Below, in pieces: positions 1-10,348 of a stretch of 64,000 nt of DNA. The DNA lies in NCBI GenBank assembly GCA_051647245.1, contig JBOFDS010000011.1:47945-111944 (forward strand), in the 5' to 3' direction. The translations under genes and the position numbers were made by a program. Every line of letters starts with the position of its first letter. Position 1 is the stretch's first letter. Under the pieces are notes generated by a model that ran no database searches, was not told the origin of the DNA, and was given only the letters and a program-made list of their open reading frames with translations. The DNA is from Brevinema sp. (lineage in GTDB: Bacteria; Spirochaetota; Brevinematia; Brevinematales; Brevinemataceae).

Positions 1-745
1 TCAAAAAAGTATTGCCGCAATTCCTCAAAACAATTTTTATATCTTCAAATTCTCATCAAAAGGCGAGTTCTTGCTTCGTTTGTCTTTGAACAATAGACCA
101 ATGCCTTATCCTACAAGCATTAGCGGAGATAATTTTAACAATCTATACGTCTATATCAATGACTATAACACCAATACTCAAGAACCATTCTTCACTGTAA
201 ACCGTTATAACACACTTACTGGCAATATTAACTTTAATTTTAACAGTCAAAATATCGATATCTCTACAAATATCTCTGGCACAAACTACAAAGGCTCGAT
301 TTTATCGATCAAAAACTATATGCACGAAGAACAACTTCTCGTTTTATTAGAGTACCAACCACATAGTAACAATCAAGGTGAAGCTATTCTTTCTCATACA
401 GAGAATGTTTGGTCATCCGTAAATGTCTACTCTATTTTAGAAAATGACTTTACTTCTACAGTCTTCCGCACAAAAGAAATGACTGAAGATATTTTAGGGG
501 TGGACACAAAAGGTCGTATTTTCTTCCAAAGCTACAATGCTGAAGATGAAAATCTGAAAATCCGTATTTTGGATACCTTCTTAAAAACAGATGATCTATT
601 CTATGCACCACTTCATTCTTCCTATTATATCTTAAACGACTATTTTATGGATCCTAATGGAAATATTTTCAACTATATCATTGATCGTCAAACCGACCTC
701 ATCTTACTCAAGTGGGATGGTGGCGGTGAAAAGGTCGCAAAATGA
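1..745 (+). CDS. hypothetical protein, 5'-partial (continues upstream of the window)
   Basis: The frame of ORF 71..745 is open back to base 2 (QKSIAAIPQNNFYIFKFSSKGEF...), so the TTG at 71 is internal. Stop overlaps the ruvC start (ATGA). No recognisable motifs. Confidence 0.5.
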   Translation, partial: QKSIAAIPQNNFYIFKFSSKGEFLLRLSLNNRPMPYPTSISGDNFNNLYVYINDYNTNTQEPFFTVNRYNTLTGNINFNFNSQNIDISTNISGTNYKGSILSIKNYMHEEQLLVLLEYQPHSNNQGEAILSHTENVWSSVNVYSILENDFTSTVFRTKEMTEDILGVDTKGRIFFQSYNAEDENLKIRILDTFLKTDDLFYAPLHSSYYILNDYFMDPNGNIFNYIIDRQTDLILLKWDGGGEKVAK

Positions 746-1212
746 TTATTTGTGGAATAGATCCAGGATATGACAGGGCAGGCTACGCATTTTTAGAGAT
801 TTCTTCTCAAGGTGTTAAGCCTCTCTCCTATGGTCTCGTATCAACATCCAAAGATAAAAATTTACAAGAACGATTGCTCGAGGTTGGAAACGACTTTGAG
901 CAATTATTTCAGCTATATAAACCAAAACATCTATATATCGAAAAGCTTTTCATGGGACGTAACACAACAACCGTCCTACCCGTAGCTGAATCTCGTGGTA
1001 TCATCAAGTATCTCGCTGCAAAAAATCAAATAGAAATTCATGAGCTATCTCCATCCAGTATCAAAAAATCAGTTTCGGGCTACGGTGCTGCTCAAAAAAG
1101 CCAAATGATCCAAGCAATCACTTTTTTGTTGAAGTTGCCGTCTCCACCAAAACCGGATGATGTAGCAGATGCTTTGTCAATTGCTTTTTGTGGCTATTTA
1201 AAACAATCATAA
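742..1212 (+). CDS. ruvC: crossover junction endodeoxyribonuclease RuvC
   Basis: N-terminal IICGIDPGYDRAGYAF and C-terminal DDVADALSIAF match the RuvC catalytic acidic-residue motifs. Length (156 aa) fits. Confidence 0.9.
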   Translation: MIICGIDPGYDRAGYAFLEISSQGVKPLSYGLVSTSKDKNLQERLLEVGNDFEQLFQLYKPKHLYIEKLFMGRNTTTVLPVAESRGIIKYLAAKNQIEIHELSPSSIKKSVSGYGAAQKSQMIQAITFLLKLPSPPKPDDVADALSIAFCGYLKQS

Positions 1213-1237
1213 AACGAAAATTTCAAAAAACGAGGAT

Positions 1238-2698
1238 ATGATGAATAAAAAGAATCTTCTCATTGCCAGTGCAGGTATTCTTATCCTATCTGCAAGTTTT
1301 GGCCTTTTCAGTGTCTTACAAGCTCAAAAAAAATCTTTAGATATTAGAATTGCAAACCAAGCTGTGCAAAATATGCCAGAAATGAATTCCGTTCTAGCTC
1401 TTCAAACAACACTAAGAGCCATCTCCAAAACTATTACCCCAGGTGTTGTAACGATTACAATAGAAGGAAAAGTCGCAAATCAATCCTATAAAGATCCATT
1501 CTTCCAATTTTTCTTCGGAAATAACGAAGAATTACAACGTAGATACAGTGCTGCTGGATCTGGTTTTATCATTACTCCTGACGGTTATCTGTTTTCAAAT
1601 TGGCATGTTGTTGAAAATGCAAGCTCCATTAAAGTAACATTGTCTGATGGTCGTCAATTCGATGCGAAGATCATCGGGGCTGATACAGAACTTGATATTG
1701 CTCTTTTAAAAATAAACGACACGGCGGATCTTCCTGTTGTGCCTATTGGTGATTCTGATAAAACAGAAGTTGGAGATTTGGTTGTAGCGATCGGCAATCC
1801 TTTTGGACTTTCAGGCACCTTTACTTTTGGAGCAGTGAGTGGTGTAGGTCGTGAAGGCTTCTTCCCTGGTCTTCAGCGTTTTATTCAGTCAGATGTTGCA
1901 GTCAATCCTGGTAATTCAGGAGGCCCACTCATCAATATTCAAGGACAAGCAATAGGAATCAATACGGCAATTCGTTCTCGAAGCGGTGGCTATGAAGGGA
2001 TTAGTTTTGCAATTCCTATCAATACTGCTCGAAATATTGCGGAACAATTATTTGCTTCGGGTACGGTGGAAAGAGGATTCTTAGGGATTATTCCTCAAGA
2101 TCTTGATGCACTTACACGAAAGTCGCTTGAACTTGCTGCGAACGAAGGGATCGTTGTTTCTTCGTTAGAGCTTGATGGCCCTGCCGGAAAAAGCGGTATC
2201 AAACAAGGTGATATTATCACCAAAATCAATGGTACCACCATTACTTCTCCTGCTCAAATGACAGAAATGGTCGCATCCAAAGCTCCAAATAGTTCCATTG
2301 AAATTGAAATTCTCCGTGATGGTAAGAAAAATTCTATCATCGTCATGCTTGGAAAACGCCCATCCAATATTATTAGAATGGAAAATCAAAGCGAACCATC
2401 CAAATCCACAGACCCAAGTTCAGAAATTGAACTTCATGGAGTTAGTTTCGGACAAGCAAGCGCTCGTGAGCTTAAAAACAATGGTGCAAATTCTGGTATT
2501 GTTGTGAAAAAAGTTTCTCCTCAAAGTCCTTTAGCGTTTATTTTAACATCAGGAGATGTTGTTACTAAAATCAATAACTATCCCGTAGATAGTATGAAAT
2601 CTTTACAAGAAGCACTTCCCCAATTACAAACAAGCCAATCATTTACCTTCACAATATACAAAGGCGGATACCTTGTCTATCGAAGTATTGAATTTTAG
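1238..2698 (+). CDS. htrA: HtrA/DegP-family periplasmic serine protease with two PDZ domains
   Basis: Signal/anchor helix; catalytic triad context (SNWHVV, DIALLKI, GNSGGPL); two C-terminal PDZ-like segments (GIVVSSLELDGPAGKSGIKQGDII and GIVVKKVSPQSPLA...GDVV). Confidence 0.9.
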   Translation: MMNKKNLLIASAGILILSASFGLFSVLQAQKKSLDIRIANQAVQNMPEMNSVLALQTTLRAISKTITPGVVTITIEGKVANQSYKDPFFQFFFGNNEELQRRYSAAGSGFIITPDGYLFSNWHVVENASSIKVTLSDGRQFDAKIIGADTELDIALLKINDTADLPVVPIGDSDKTEVGDLVVAIGNPFGLSGTFTFGAVSGVGREGFFPGLQRFIQSDVAVNPGNSGGPLINIQGQAIGINTAIRSRSGGYEGISFAIPINTARNIAEQLFASGTVERGFLGIIPQDLDALTRKSLELAANEGIVVSSLELDGPAGKSGIKQGDIITKINGTTITSPAQMTEMVASKAPNSSIEIEILRDGKKNSIIVMLGKRPSNIIRMENQSEPSKSTDPSSEIELHGVSFGQASARELKNNGANSGIVVKKVSPQSPLAFILTSGDVVTKINNYPVDSMKSLQEALPQLQTSQSFTFTIYKGGYLVYRSIEF

Positions 2699-2766
2699 AT
2701 AGGTGTTGATATTTTACTAAAAATATAGTACAATATCATTAATCATAAATTTTACGGAGGTTACCT

Positions 2767-4440
2767 TTGAGATTATTACATGCACTTTTAACAGTACTCA
2801 TTCTCCCACAACTCGGTTGGAGTTTAGAGCCTACTGAAATCGCTCAAACACTAGGCATTTTCACATTAGTGCCAGCAGCTGTTGCGATTATTTTGGCACT
2901 TAGAACCAAGCAAGTCTACTTCTCCCTTTTTGTAGGGGTGTGGTCTGGAGCTTTATTACTTTCTTTTATTGATGGCTTCCAATTAAAGGATCTCTATGAA
3001 AGTTTTGATAAAATCGTCTCAACCATGATCGGAGTACTTAGTGATAGTTGGAATATGTCTATCATTGCTCAAGTTATTACCATTGCTGGTTTGATTGGAA
3101 TTATTGGGAAGAACGGTGGATCCTATGCCATCGCTGAAGCCATATCCAAAAAAGCAAAGAATGCCGCTTCTGCTCAATTATTAACTTGTTTAACAGCGCT
3201 TTTTATATTTTTTGATGACTATGCAAACTGCTTAATCACAGGCCCTGTGATGAGACCTGTTACCGATAAACTCAAGGTATCTCGTGAAAAATTATCTTTT
3301 ATCATCGACGCAACCGCTGCTCCTATTGCTGGAATCGCATTGATTTCTACATGGATCGGCTATGAATTAGGAGTTATCCGAGATTCTTATGCTCTTGCAG
3401 GCGTCCTAGAACCAAATACTTATGGAATCTTCCTCCAAACAATTCCTTATCGTTTTTATAATATCTTGATGCTTGGTTTTGTAGTTCTTGTAGCATCAAT
3501 GAAACGAGATTTTGGGCCTATGCTCAAAGCAGAACAACGTGCACGTCACACAGGTGTAACAGTTCGTGAAACACCTGAAATCGAAAAAGATCATTCCTTA
3601 GACCCAGAACCAAATATCAAATATTACAAAAGAAACGCTTTAATTCCTATTTTTATATTAATTATTGGATCTTTTGCAGGAATTTGGCATTCCGGTCATC
3701 AGGCACTCATCGCGAATGGTACTGATTTGACAGGGTTTACTACGTACAATTATATTTTAGAAGTTCTCGGCGCAACAGACGTAATGCTCGAAATTTTCAA
3801 AGCAAGTATGATCGCAAGTATTGCTGCAATGATTTCTTCAGCCCTCACAAAAACTATGAGCTTTTTCCATGCTCTTGATGTTTGGGTGATAGGTGCCAAA
3901 AAATTAATCGGAACAACCCTTGTCCTTCTCTTGGCGTGGAGTATTACTTCCCTCATCAAAGAACTAGGTACAAGCATCTTCCTCACACAATTACTCAAAG
4001 ACTCTCTTGCTCCTCAATTGATCCCAGTCTTGACCTTTATCTTATCATGTGTGATTTCCTTCTCCACAGGGACAGCCTTCGGAACTATGGGAATCATCAT
4101 GCCTCTTGCAGTACCTATCGCTGCAAACCTCACAGGAAGTGCTGACTCTGTAATTACCTTGATCACAGCAGGTGCCGTACTTTCTGGAGCTATTATGGGT
4201 GACCACTGTTCCCCTATCTCTGACACGACCATTCTCTCTTCCAGTGGCGCTGAATGTCCATTGATCGACCATGTCGACACACAGCTCCCTTATGCAGTTA
4301 CCGTCGCAGGAGTATCGATCTTAACAGGATATATTCTTGTGGGATTCGGAGTACCGATAGGATTAAGTTATCTCTTTGGGTTCATTGCCTTAGCAGCTAT
4401 CTTATTTATCTTAGGTAAAAATCCTGAAGCTCAAAAATAA
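2767..4440 (+). CDS. NhaC-family Na+/H+ antiporter
   Basis: Polytopic membrane protein of 557 aa with an FFDDYAN motif and duplicated NhaC-type architecture. TTG start is preceded by GGAGG with a 6-nt spacer. TTGATA-N17-TACAAT promoter-like sequence upstream. Confidence 0.75.
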   Translation: MRLLHALLTVLILPQLGWSLEPTEIAQTLGIFTLVPAAVAIILALRTKQVYFSLFVGVWSGALLLSFIDGFQLKDLYESFDKIVSTMIGVLSDSWNMSIIAQVITIAGLIGIIGKNGGSYAIAEAISKKAKNAASAQLLTCLTALFIFFDDYANCLITGPVMRPVTDKLKVSREKLSFIIDATAAPIAGIALISTWIGYELGVIRDSYALAGVLEPNTYGIFLQTIPYRFYNILMLGFVVLVASMKRDFGPMLKAEQRARHTGVTVRETPEIEKDHSLDPEPNIKYYKRNALIPIFILIIGSFAGIWHSGHQALIANGTDLTGFTTYNYILEVLGATDVMLEIFKASMIASIAAMISSALTKTMSFFHALDVWVIGAKKLIGTTLVLLLAWSITSLIKELGTSIFLTQLLKDSLAPQLIPVLTFILSCVISFSTGTAFGTMGIIMPLAVPIAANLTGSADSVITLITAGAVLSGAIMGDHCSPISDTTILSSSGAECPLIDHVDTQLPYAVTVAGVSILTGYILVGFGVPIGLSYLFGFIALAAILFILGKNPEAQK

Positions 4441-4450
4441 CACTCAAACA

Positions 4451-4478
4451 AAAAGACCACCATATGGTGGTCTTTTTT
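4451..4478. terminator. bidirectional rho-independent terminator between nhaC-like and mnmE
   Basis: aaaaGACCACCAtaTGGTGGTCtttttt: perfect GC-containing palindrome flanked by an A-run and a T-run, between convergent genes. Confidence 0.65.
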
Positions 4479-5847
4479 ATTTTCCTATACAAAATTGAGA
4501 GAATATTCTGTCAAGAATAGCATCGTCATTGGTTTTCCCAACAATTTCTTCTAAAAAGATTCTCGCTTTTCTTACATGAGCTGCGGTAAATTCTTCGGAT
4601 TCTTCATGATGAATAGAATTTTTTGCGTTCAAAAGCGATTCCTTAGCTTCTGTGAGTAATTTTTCTTGGCGGACATTAGCAATCAAAACATCATTTTCAG
4701 GATCAATCCCACCAGAACTATAAAATTCATAAATCGCATCAAAAATCGCATCGACGCCATCTTTTTGTTGAGCAGAGACAGAGATTGTTTTTTGACCCAA
4801 ATCAATGGAGAGTTTTTGTGGAAGATCGGATTTATTAAGAATTTGGATTGTTGGCTTATTAAAAGAAGAAATCTTCTCCGCAATCTCCTTGTCTTCAGCA
4901 GTCATTTCTTCGGATTGATCCATAATATGACAAATCAAATCTCCACTTTCTATTGCTTTAAGACTACGGAGCGTTCCTTCCTTCTCAAGCACATCATCTG
5001 TCTCACGAAGACCAGCTGTATCAAAGAAACGAATCAAAAGCCCCTTCGCAGAAACCCTATGCTCGATCACATCTCTTGTCGTGCCAGCGATATTACTTAC
5101 AATCACCCTATCTTCATCGACAAGTGCGTTCAAAAGCGAAGATTTACCAACATTAGGCCGGCCAACCAAAACAACTTTAACACCATCTGTGCTCATTTTT
5201 CCAACAGAGGCACCGGAAAGCATTTTTTCGGATTGATTGATGAGAGCTTCGATAAGTTGGAGATATCTTGGTGCGAAACCATCCATGTGTTCGTCTTCGG
5301 CATGATCGATCGCCATCTCGAGCAAAGCCAACAAATCTAATGTTTCTTTATGCATTTGATGAATTTTTTGGGATAGTCCACCATTGAGACGTCCAATCGC
5401 CTGTGCATGAGCAAATTTGGTTTGAGATTCCGTAAGATCACGTATTGCCTCTGCTTGAGTAAGGTCAATTTTTCCATTGAGAAAAGCCCGCATAGAAAAT
5501 TCCCCAGGCTCTGCAAGACTCGCATCACAAAATCTTGTGAGCAAATGCATGACTTCTTTGACAACATAAGGGCTACCATGCACCCAAATTTCAAGAGATT
5601 CCTCCCCTGTAAAAGAGTAAGGTTTGTGGAAAACTCCAACCAAAACCTCATCGATGATCTTATCGGTATCAGGATTGATGATGTGTCCATAAGCAATCTC
5701 ATTGCCTTTTTTTTGGGATAAGGACTTGGAGCCACGGAAAATACGATCCGTTGCCTCGATACATTTTTCACCAGAAACGCGTATCATCGAAACACCCGCA
5801 ACACCTGCCGCCGTCGCTGGAGCAGCAATAATTTTAGAACTAAGCAT
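4477..5847 (-). CDS. mnmE: tRNA uridine-5-carboxymethylaminomethyl modification GTPase MnmE
   Basis: G1 motif GRPNVGKSSLLNAL, DTAGLR, NKSDL, and the diagnostic C-terminal FCIGK. Confidence 0.92.
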   Translation of the reverse strand: MLSSKIIAAPATAAGVAGVSMIRVSGEKCIEATDRIFRGSKSLSQKKGNEIAYGHIINPDTDKIIDEVLVGVFHKPYSFTGEESLEIWVHGSPYVVKEVMHLLTRFCDASLAEPGEFSMRAFLNGKIDLTQAEAIRDLTESQTKFAHAQAIGRLNGGLSQKIHQMHKETLDLLALLEMAIDHAEDEHMDGFAPRYLQLIEALINQSEKMLSGASVGKMSTDGVKVVLVGRPNVGKSSLLNALVDEDRVIVSNIAGTTRDVIEHRVSAKGLLIRFFDTAGLRETDDVLEKEGTLRSLKAIESGDLICHIMDQSEEMTAEDKEIAEKISSFNKPTIQILNKSDLPQKLSIDLGQKTISVSAQQKDGVDAIFDAIYEFYSSGGIDPENDVLIANVRQEKLLTEAKESLLNAKNSIHHEESEEFTAAHVRKARIFLEEIVGKTNDDAILDRIFSQFCIGK

Positions 5848-5894
5848 GTTGCCTCTTATATCAAATAAGCCCGCATCACACGGGCTTATTGAGT

Positions 5895-7424
5895 TTATAT
5901 TTTTTTGTTACCTAAACGAGTGTCAAGGTTGATCGCTTCTTGCTCAAAAATAGAGAAGATATTTTGCACTGTCCAGTAAAGAACAAGCCCTGCTGGCATA
6001 CCCCAAAAGAGGAATAAGAAGATCAATGGCATGAAGTAACTTTGAACTTGCATTTGTTTTTGCATATCATTTTGGGAAGCACCCATACGTCCTTGCTGCA
6101 GGAAGACGGTAAGCAATTGCAATAAAGTCATGATGATTGGGAGCAAGTGAAAAGCAAAATTTCCTACAGTAAAGAGCGTATCAGGCATAGTGAGGTCATT
6201 GATCCAAAGGAAATTAGCACCTCTGAGATCGACAGAACGAGACAAGACCCTAAATAACGCGAAGAACACAGGAATCTGGAGTAAAAGTGGTAAACATCCA
6301 CCGAGTGGGTTTGCTTTTTCTGTTCTGTATAATTCTAATGTTTTTTGTTGAAGTAATTGAGGATCATGTCCAAATTTTTCTTGTAATTTATTCAATTTTG
6401 GTTGGAGAATACGCATTTTCTTCATAGAAATTGCAGATCTCACAGAAAGAGGAAGAAGTAATAATTTGACCAAAATCGCAATTAAGATCAAGGTAAGACC
6501 AGCACTTCCTGTCATTCTATTGAGTCCAGTTAGAAGAGCATTTGTCCCTTTTTCGATAGGTTTTAAGATCCAATTAAAGAGAGCTGGCCATGCAAATAAT
6601 TTTTTGTATTCTTTATTAGCACCCACAGCCATTGCTTCTGAACGAGGCCCTACATAGTAATTCATATGAACTTCGAGCACTTCTCTAGGAGCAATATTGG
6701 TTGCTAAAACTTGTGTAGCGATATTGACCTTAGAAGATTTACTGAATTCCAATCCATGGTAGATTGTCATGGTGTTTGTAACACTTGGCTCTACAATAAA
6801 TAAGAAGAAGTTATCCGCAACAGACGCCCATACTGGAGAAGCGACAAAATCCATTGCTTGAGGGCCACTCATGAATCCACCAGCACTGATCTTTGCTTTT
6901 TGAAGTTTTTTACCATTGAAATATTTATATTCAAGGATGTTATTATTATTTTTGGAAATACTTGCGATATCTGCTAAAGAAGACATCGTAAATGCCAAAC
7001 CGTCTTCATCAAGCGTAATAGTCTGAGCGGAAGTATTAGATAAAGTGATATGCTGTGTTACGTTACCATTAGAGAGCAAGGTAATCGTACGTGTAATAGC
7101 CAAACCTCTTGCAACAGTTGAAAGTTCCACTTGGTTACCACTAGTTTTAACATTATAAGAAAGTCTGTTTTTATTTTCTAACAAAGAAGTATAAGTCCCA
7201 AAACCAAAATCAAAGACTTTTAATTGTCCTTCACGGTCAGAAATGGTTAAATTTTCATTCAAACGGTTCCAAGATCCGTTGATAGATAATTCCGTCACCC
7301 CAAGTCTATCTAAAATCAAATTGACAGAATTGTCTGGTGCAGATACAGATTGTGTCTGAGCATGTGCTATGTTTAACACAAAAATTGTAAATAATACAAA
7401 TAAACGAGAAATATTAGGTAACAT
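5895..7424 (-). CDS. yidC: membrane protein insertase YidC
   Basis: Large N-terminal periplasmic domain followed by the conserved 60-kDa insertase core (LLPLSVRS...KMRILQPK...NPLGGCLPLLLQIPVFFALF...WINDL). Sits upstream of mnmE, the classical synteny. Confidence 0.9.
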   Translation of the reverse strand: MLPNISRLFVLFTIFVLNIAHAQTQSVSAPDNSVNLILDRLGVTELSINGSWNRLNENLTISDREGQLKVFDFGFGTYTSLLENKNRLSYNVKTSGNQVELSTVARGLAITRTITLLSNGNVTQHITLSNTSAQTITLDEDGLAFTMSSLADIASISKNNNNILEYKYFNGKKLQKAKISAGGFMSGPQAMDFVASPVWASVADNFFLFIVEPSVTNTMTIYHGLEFSKSSKVNIATQVLATNIAPREVLEVHMNYYVGPRSEAMAVGANKEYKKLFAWPALFNWILKPIEKGTNALLTGLNRMTGSAGLTLILIAILVKLLLLPLSVRSAISMKKMRILQPKLNKLQEKFGHDPQLLQQKTLELYRTEKANPLGGCLPLLLQIPVFFALFRVLSRSVDLRGANFLWINDLTMPDTLFTVGNFAFHLLPIIMTLLQLLTVFLQQGRMGASQNDMQKQMQVQSYFMPLIFLFLFWGMPAGLVLYWTVQNIFSIFEQEAINLDTRLGNKKI

Positions 7425-7641
7425 TTAAGCCTCCATTGATGCTATCTCATATGATACCATAAAACAAATGAAAGGTCAAGATTTATCGCTGTTTTCAAAA
7501 ACACTTATTAAAGAAAAGAGTTGAGGATTTGGATGAAAAGTTTGACGAAAAACAAAAAAAACAGTATAATAAAACAAAATTTCAAATGAAATTTTATTGA
7601 AATATCTTCTATTCGAATCTATACATAAGGAACATTGAACC

Positions 7642-8919
7642 ATGGCTAAAGCAGAAAAATTCATTATTGAAGGTGGCACACCTCTCTCTGGAAAAGTGAC
7701 CATCAGCGGAGCAAAAAATGCGGCTCTTCCTATTCTTGCAGCAACATTACTAACAAAAGAAAAAATTGTTCTTAATAACGTAGCTGTACTTGATGACGTT
7801 GAAACAATGTACGAGTTACTTACATATCTTGGTAAAAAGATCACCAAAAATGGATCGACCGTAATCATCGAAGAAGGATCTGAACTCAAATCTTCTGCAC
7901 CTTACGAAATCGTAAGCAGAATGCGTGCGTCTATCGTGGTGATGGGGCCTCTCGTGGCACGTCTTGGTCAGACCAAAACATCTATGCCTGGTGGTTGTGC
8001 TATCGGGCCAAGACCTATCGATCTCCATATTAAAGGAATCGAAGAACTATCTGCAGTTTGTACTACAGAACATGGAGATCTTCATGTTGTTGCAAAAGAA
8101 GGTCGTTTGATCGGTAAAGAAATGAATCTCTTAGGCAAGCATGGAAGCTCCGTTCTTGCTACAGAAAATATTCTTATGGCAGCAACATTAGCTAAAGGTA
8201 CCACCGTCATTAACGGAGCTGCTAAAGAGCCTGAAGTCGTTGATCTTGCAAATCTTCTCAAAAAAATGGGAGCAAAAATCACTGGCGAAGGCACAGACTC
8301 CATCACTATTGAAGGTGTGGATACCTTGCACGGTGCAGAGCACAATGTCGTTGCAGATCGTATCGAAGCTGGTACTTTCATGGTAGCTGCTGCTATTACA
8401 GGTGGGGATGTTACTCTTGAAAATTGTGTCCCTGAGCATCTTGAAAATCCTATTGAATTGTTCAAAAAAGCGGGAATGGAGATTTCTTTCCCTACCCCAA
8501 CTTCTATCCGCGTAAAAGCAGGAACAAGAAAAGCAGTTGATTTTACAACCTTGCCATATCCATTATTTCCAACAGATCTTCAATCTCAATTTTTAGCATT
8601 TTTAGCACTCTCTGAAGGAAAAAGTGTTATCACCGAAACCATCTATCCAGATCGTTTTATGCACGCTTACGAGCTTAACCGTATGAATGCAAAGATCTCT
8701 GTGGATAATGGCATTGCCGTTATTGAAGGAATCAAACAATTCTCTGGGGCTATCGTTAAATCTGCTGACCTCAGAGGTGGAGCAACATTGGTTTTAGCAG
8801 CTCTTGCAGCTGAAGGAACAAGTGAAGTGCTTGATATTTATCATATTGACCGCGGATACGAAGATTTTGAAACAAAGCTTCGTGGACTTGGTGCCAAAAT
8901 TGAGCGCGTGAACGCTTAA
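7642..8919 (+). CDS. murA: UDP-N-acetylglucosamine 1-carboxyvinyltransferase
   Basis: Full-length match to the MurA pattern (KFIIEGGTPLSGKVTISGAKNAALPIL, catalytic Cys loop MPGGCAIGPRPIDLH, YHIDRGYE). Confidence 0.95.
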   Translation: MAKAEKFIIEGGTPLSGKVTISGAKNAALPILAATLLTKEKIVLNNVAVLDDVETMYELLTYLGKKITKNGSTVIIEEGSELKSSAPYEIVSRMRASIVVMGPLVARLGQTKTSMPGGCAIGPRPIDLHIKGIEELSAVCTTEHGDLHVVAKEGRLIGKEMNLLGKHGSSVLATENILMAATLAKGTTVINGAAKEPEVVDLANLLKKMGAKITGEGTDSITIEGVDTLHGAEHNVVADRIEAGTFMVAAAITGGDVTLENCVPEHLENPIELFKKAGMEISFPTPTSIRVKAGTRKAVDFTTLPYPLFPTDLQSQFLAFLALSEGKSVITETIYPDRFMHAYELNRMNAKISVDNGIAVIEGIKQFSGAIVKSADLRGGATLVLAALAAEGTSEVLDIYHIDRGYEDFETKLRGLGAKIERVNA

Positions 8920-8942
8920 TCTTATCAAAATAACTTAACAGT

Positions 8943-9015
8943 GCTACAATAGCTCAGTTGGCAGAGCGATTGATTCGTAATCAATAGGCCGGCGGTTCGA
9001 TCCCGCCTTGTAGCT
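8943..9015 (+). tRNA. tRNA-Thr (anticodon CGU)
   Basis: Hand-folded cloverleaf. Acceptor GCTACAA/TTGTAGC; D arm GCTC..GAGC; anticodon arm ATTGA-TTCGTAA-TCAAT; T arm GGCGG-TTCGATC-CCGCC. No encoded CCA. Confidence 0.9.
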
Positions 9016-9042
9016 AGTCAACGAAAACAAAAAGGACTATGT

Positions 9043-10233
9043 GTGAAACTAACACTAAGAATTTTTTTTCATCAATTTTATTGGTCTTTGATTTTTGGAT
9101 TTGTTCTTGGGATTTTTGGGATCAGCTTATCTGTGATCAAAATCGCTAATTTTTACATTTCTGAAGGAACAGGTCAAAAAACAGATACTTACTCTTTTAC
9201 GATAAGCAGCTCCGAAGCGCGCCCTCTCGACGATACTATTATGACTATGTTCAAAAATGTCGAAGGCATCGCAGCGGTTTCTCCTTATTTCTCACCGACG
9301 GATCAAATTGAAGCGGGGATCTCATTTTTGGGGTTTTCTGCATCCTATCCGATCAAAATCAAAGGTATTCCTCTTCTCCATGGTCTTTCAAATGTCGCAA
9401 ATGCTCAACGTAGTACTTGGAGTTCTGCTAATTTAGAGCGTCTTCCGGTTTTACTTCCAGCTCAAGCAGTCTCACTCTATAATAACTTAGCTCCACAGCG
9501 TGGTTGGCCAACTCTTGAAGAAAGTGCATTTATTGGGCTCCCTGGTGCTTTTGCAAAAATTGGAAATCAACGAGTACAGATCAGCATCGTTGGCTTTGAT
9601 CCAAATGAATTTGGTAATATTGCTACCGTGCCTGCTCAAACTTTATTTGCAATCTACAATAGAATGGGGCTTAATCCTTCTTATGATAGTTTCGTGCTTG
9701 AGACTGTTAGTGGGTTAGATCGAGCGCAGGTGCGTGAATTAGTACGTGAGCTCGGTAAGCTCGGCTACCCTCTTGAAGAATCAAAAAAAGAAAGTTTTCA
9801 AATTGGCTTATTCACTCGTATCAAATATACCGTAGGGATTTTTGGATTTGGGATTTTGATTGCCTTTATGATCTTAAAATTTCTGAGTTTTCGAGGTCTC
9901 CTTTCTGAAAAAAAACAACAAATTTGGCTCTATCGTATCTGGGGACTTCCAGATTTCTTAGTACCAAGCATTATGATTAGTATGCTTATTTTTGGGATGT
10001 TTGCGGGGGTCTTTGCTTGGATTATTAGTTTTTTTGCCGTAATCCCTGCGCAAGAATACATTATCGATGTTCTTCAAAATTTTGGATTTAATACTCCCCC
10101 TCTTAGAACATCCGCTGCAACGGCTCTCCAAACAGGAATTGTTGCAACAAGTTTATTCATCACAATAACAAGTCTCGGTGCTGCAAATTTCTATCTCAAA
10201 ACAAGAAAAGCCAACTATATTTCCAAGTTCTAA
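9043..10233 (+). CDS. membrane protein, possibly FtsX-like permease fold
   Basis: One N-terminal TM helix, a ~230-aa extracytoplasmic segment, then three C-terminal TM helices, which is the FtsX/MacB-type topology. GTG start with AGGA upstream. No adjacent ATPase. Confidence 0.4.
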   Translation: MKLTLRIFFHQFYWSLIFGFVLGIFGISLSVIKIANFYISEGTGQKTDTYSFTISSSEARPLDDTIMTMFKNVEGIAAVSPYFSPTDQIEAGISFLGFSASYPIKIKGIPLLHGLSNVANAQRSTWSSANLERLPVLLPAQAVSLYNNLAPQRGWPTLEESAFIGLPGAFAKIGNQRVQISIVGFDPNEFGNIATVPAQTLFAIYNRMGLNPSYDSFVLETVSGLDRAQVRELVRELGKLGYPLEESKKESFQIGLFTRIKYTVGIFGFGILIAFMILKFLSFRGLLSEKKQQIWLYRIWGLPDFLVPSIMISMLIFGMFAGVFAWIISFFAVIPAQEYIIDVLQNFGFNTPPLRTSAATALQTGIVATSLFITITSLGAANFYLKTRKANYISKF

Positions 10234-10277
10234 TTCTATCAATGAAAAAATAAATAAATATTTTCTATCAAAATCAT

Positions 10278-10304
10278 TAAAGTTTTGCTAGATTTTCCGA
10301 AAAA
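10278..10304 (+). promoter_or_regulatory. sigma-28-like promoter upstream of flaA
   Basis: TAAAGTTT followed about 10-11 nt later by tCCGAAAA resembles the enteric/Bacillus sigma-28 consensus TAAAGTTT-N11-GCCGATAA. Lies about 45 nt before the flaA ATG. Confidence 0.3.
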
Positions 10305-10348
10305 TTTTTAGGTCGTAACAAAAAAGCGTAAAATTTAAGGAGAATCTG

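Noticed and set aside
4666-5340. 224-aa ORF antisense to mnmE. Other long antisense ORFs occur inside valS (53447..53947, 54398..54874, 54875..55249), pepF (52078..52485), folD (42547..42939) and the ABC-3 permease (45858..46250).
   Set aside because: All lie fully within strongly supported genes on the opposite strand and have low-complexity, stop-poor AT-rich composition. These are typical shadow ORFs.
5864-5890. Hairpin aataagcccg-catcaca-cgggcttatt between yidC and mnmE.
   Set aside because: It lacks a U-run on the transcribed (minus) strand, and yidC-mnmE are commonly co-transcribed. It may be an attenuator or RNA-stability hairpin, but I cannot support calling it a terminator.
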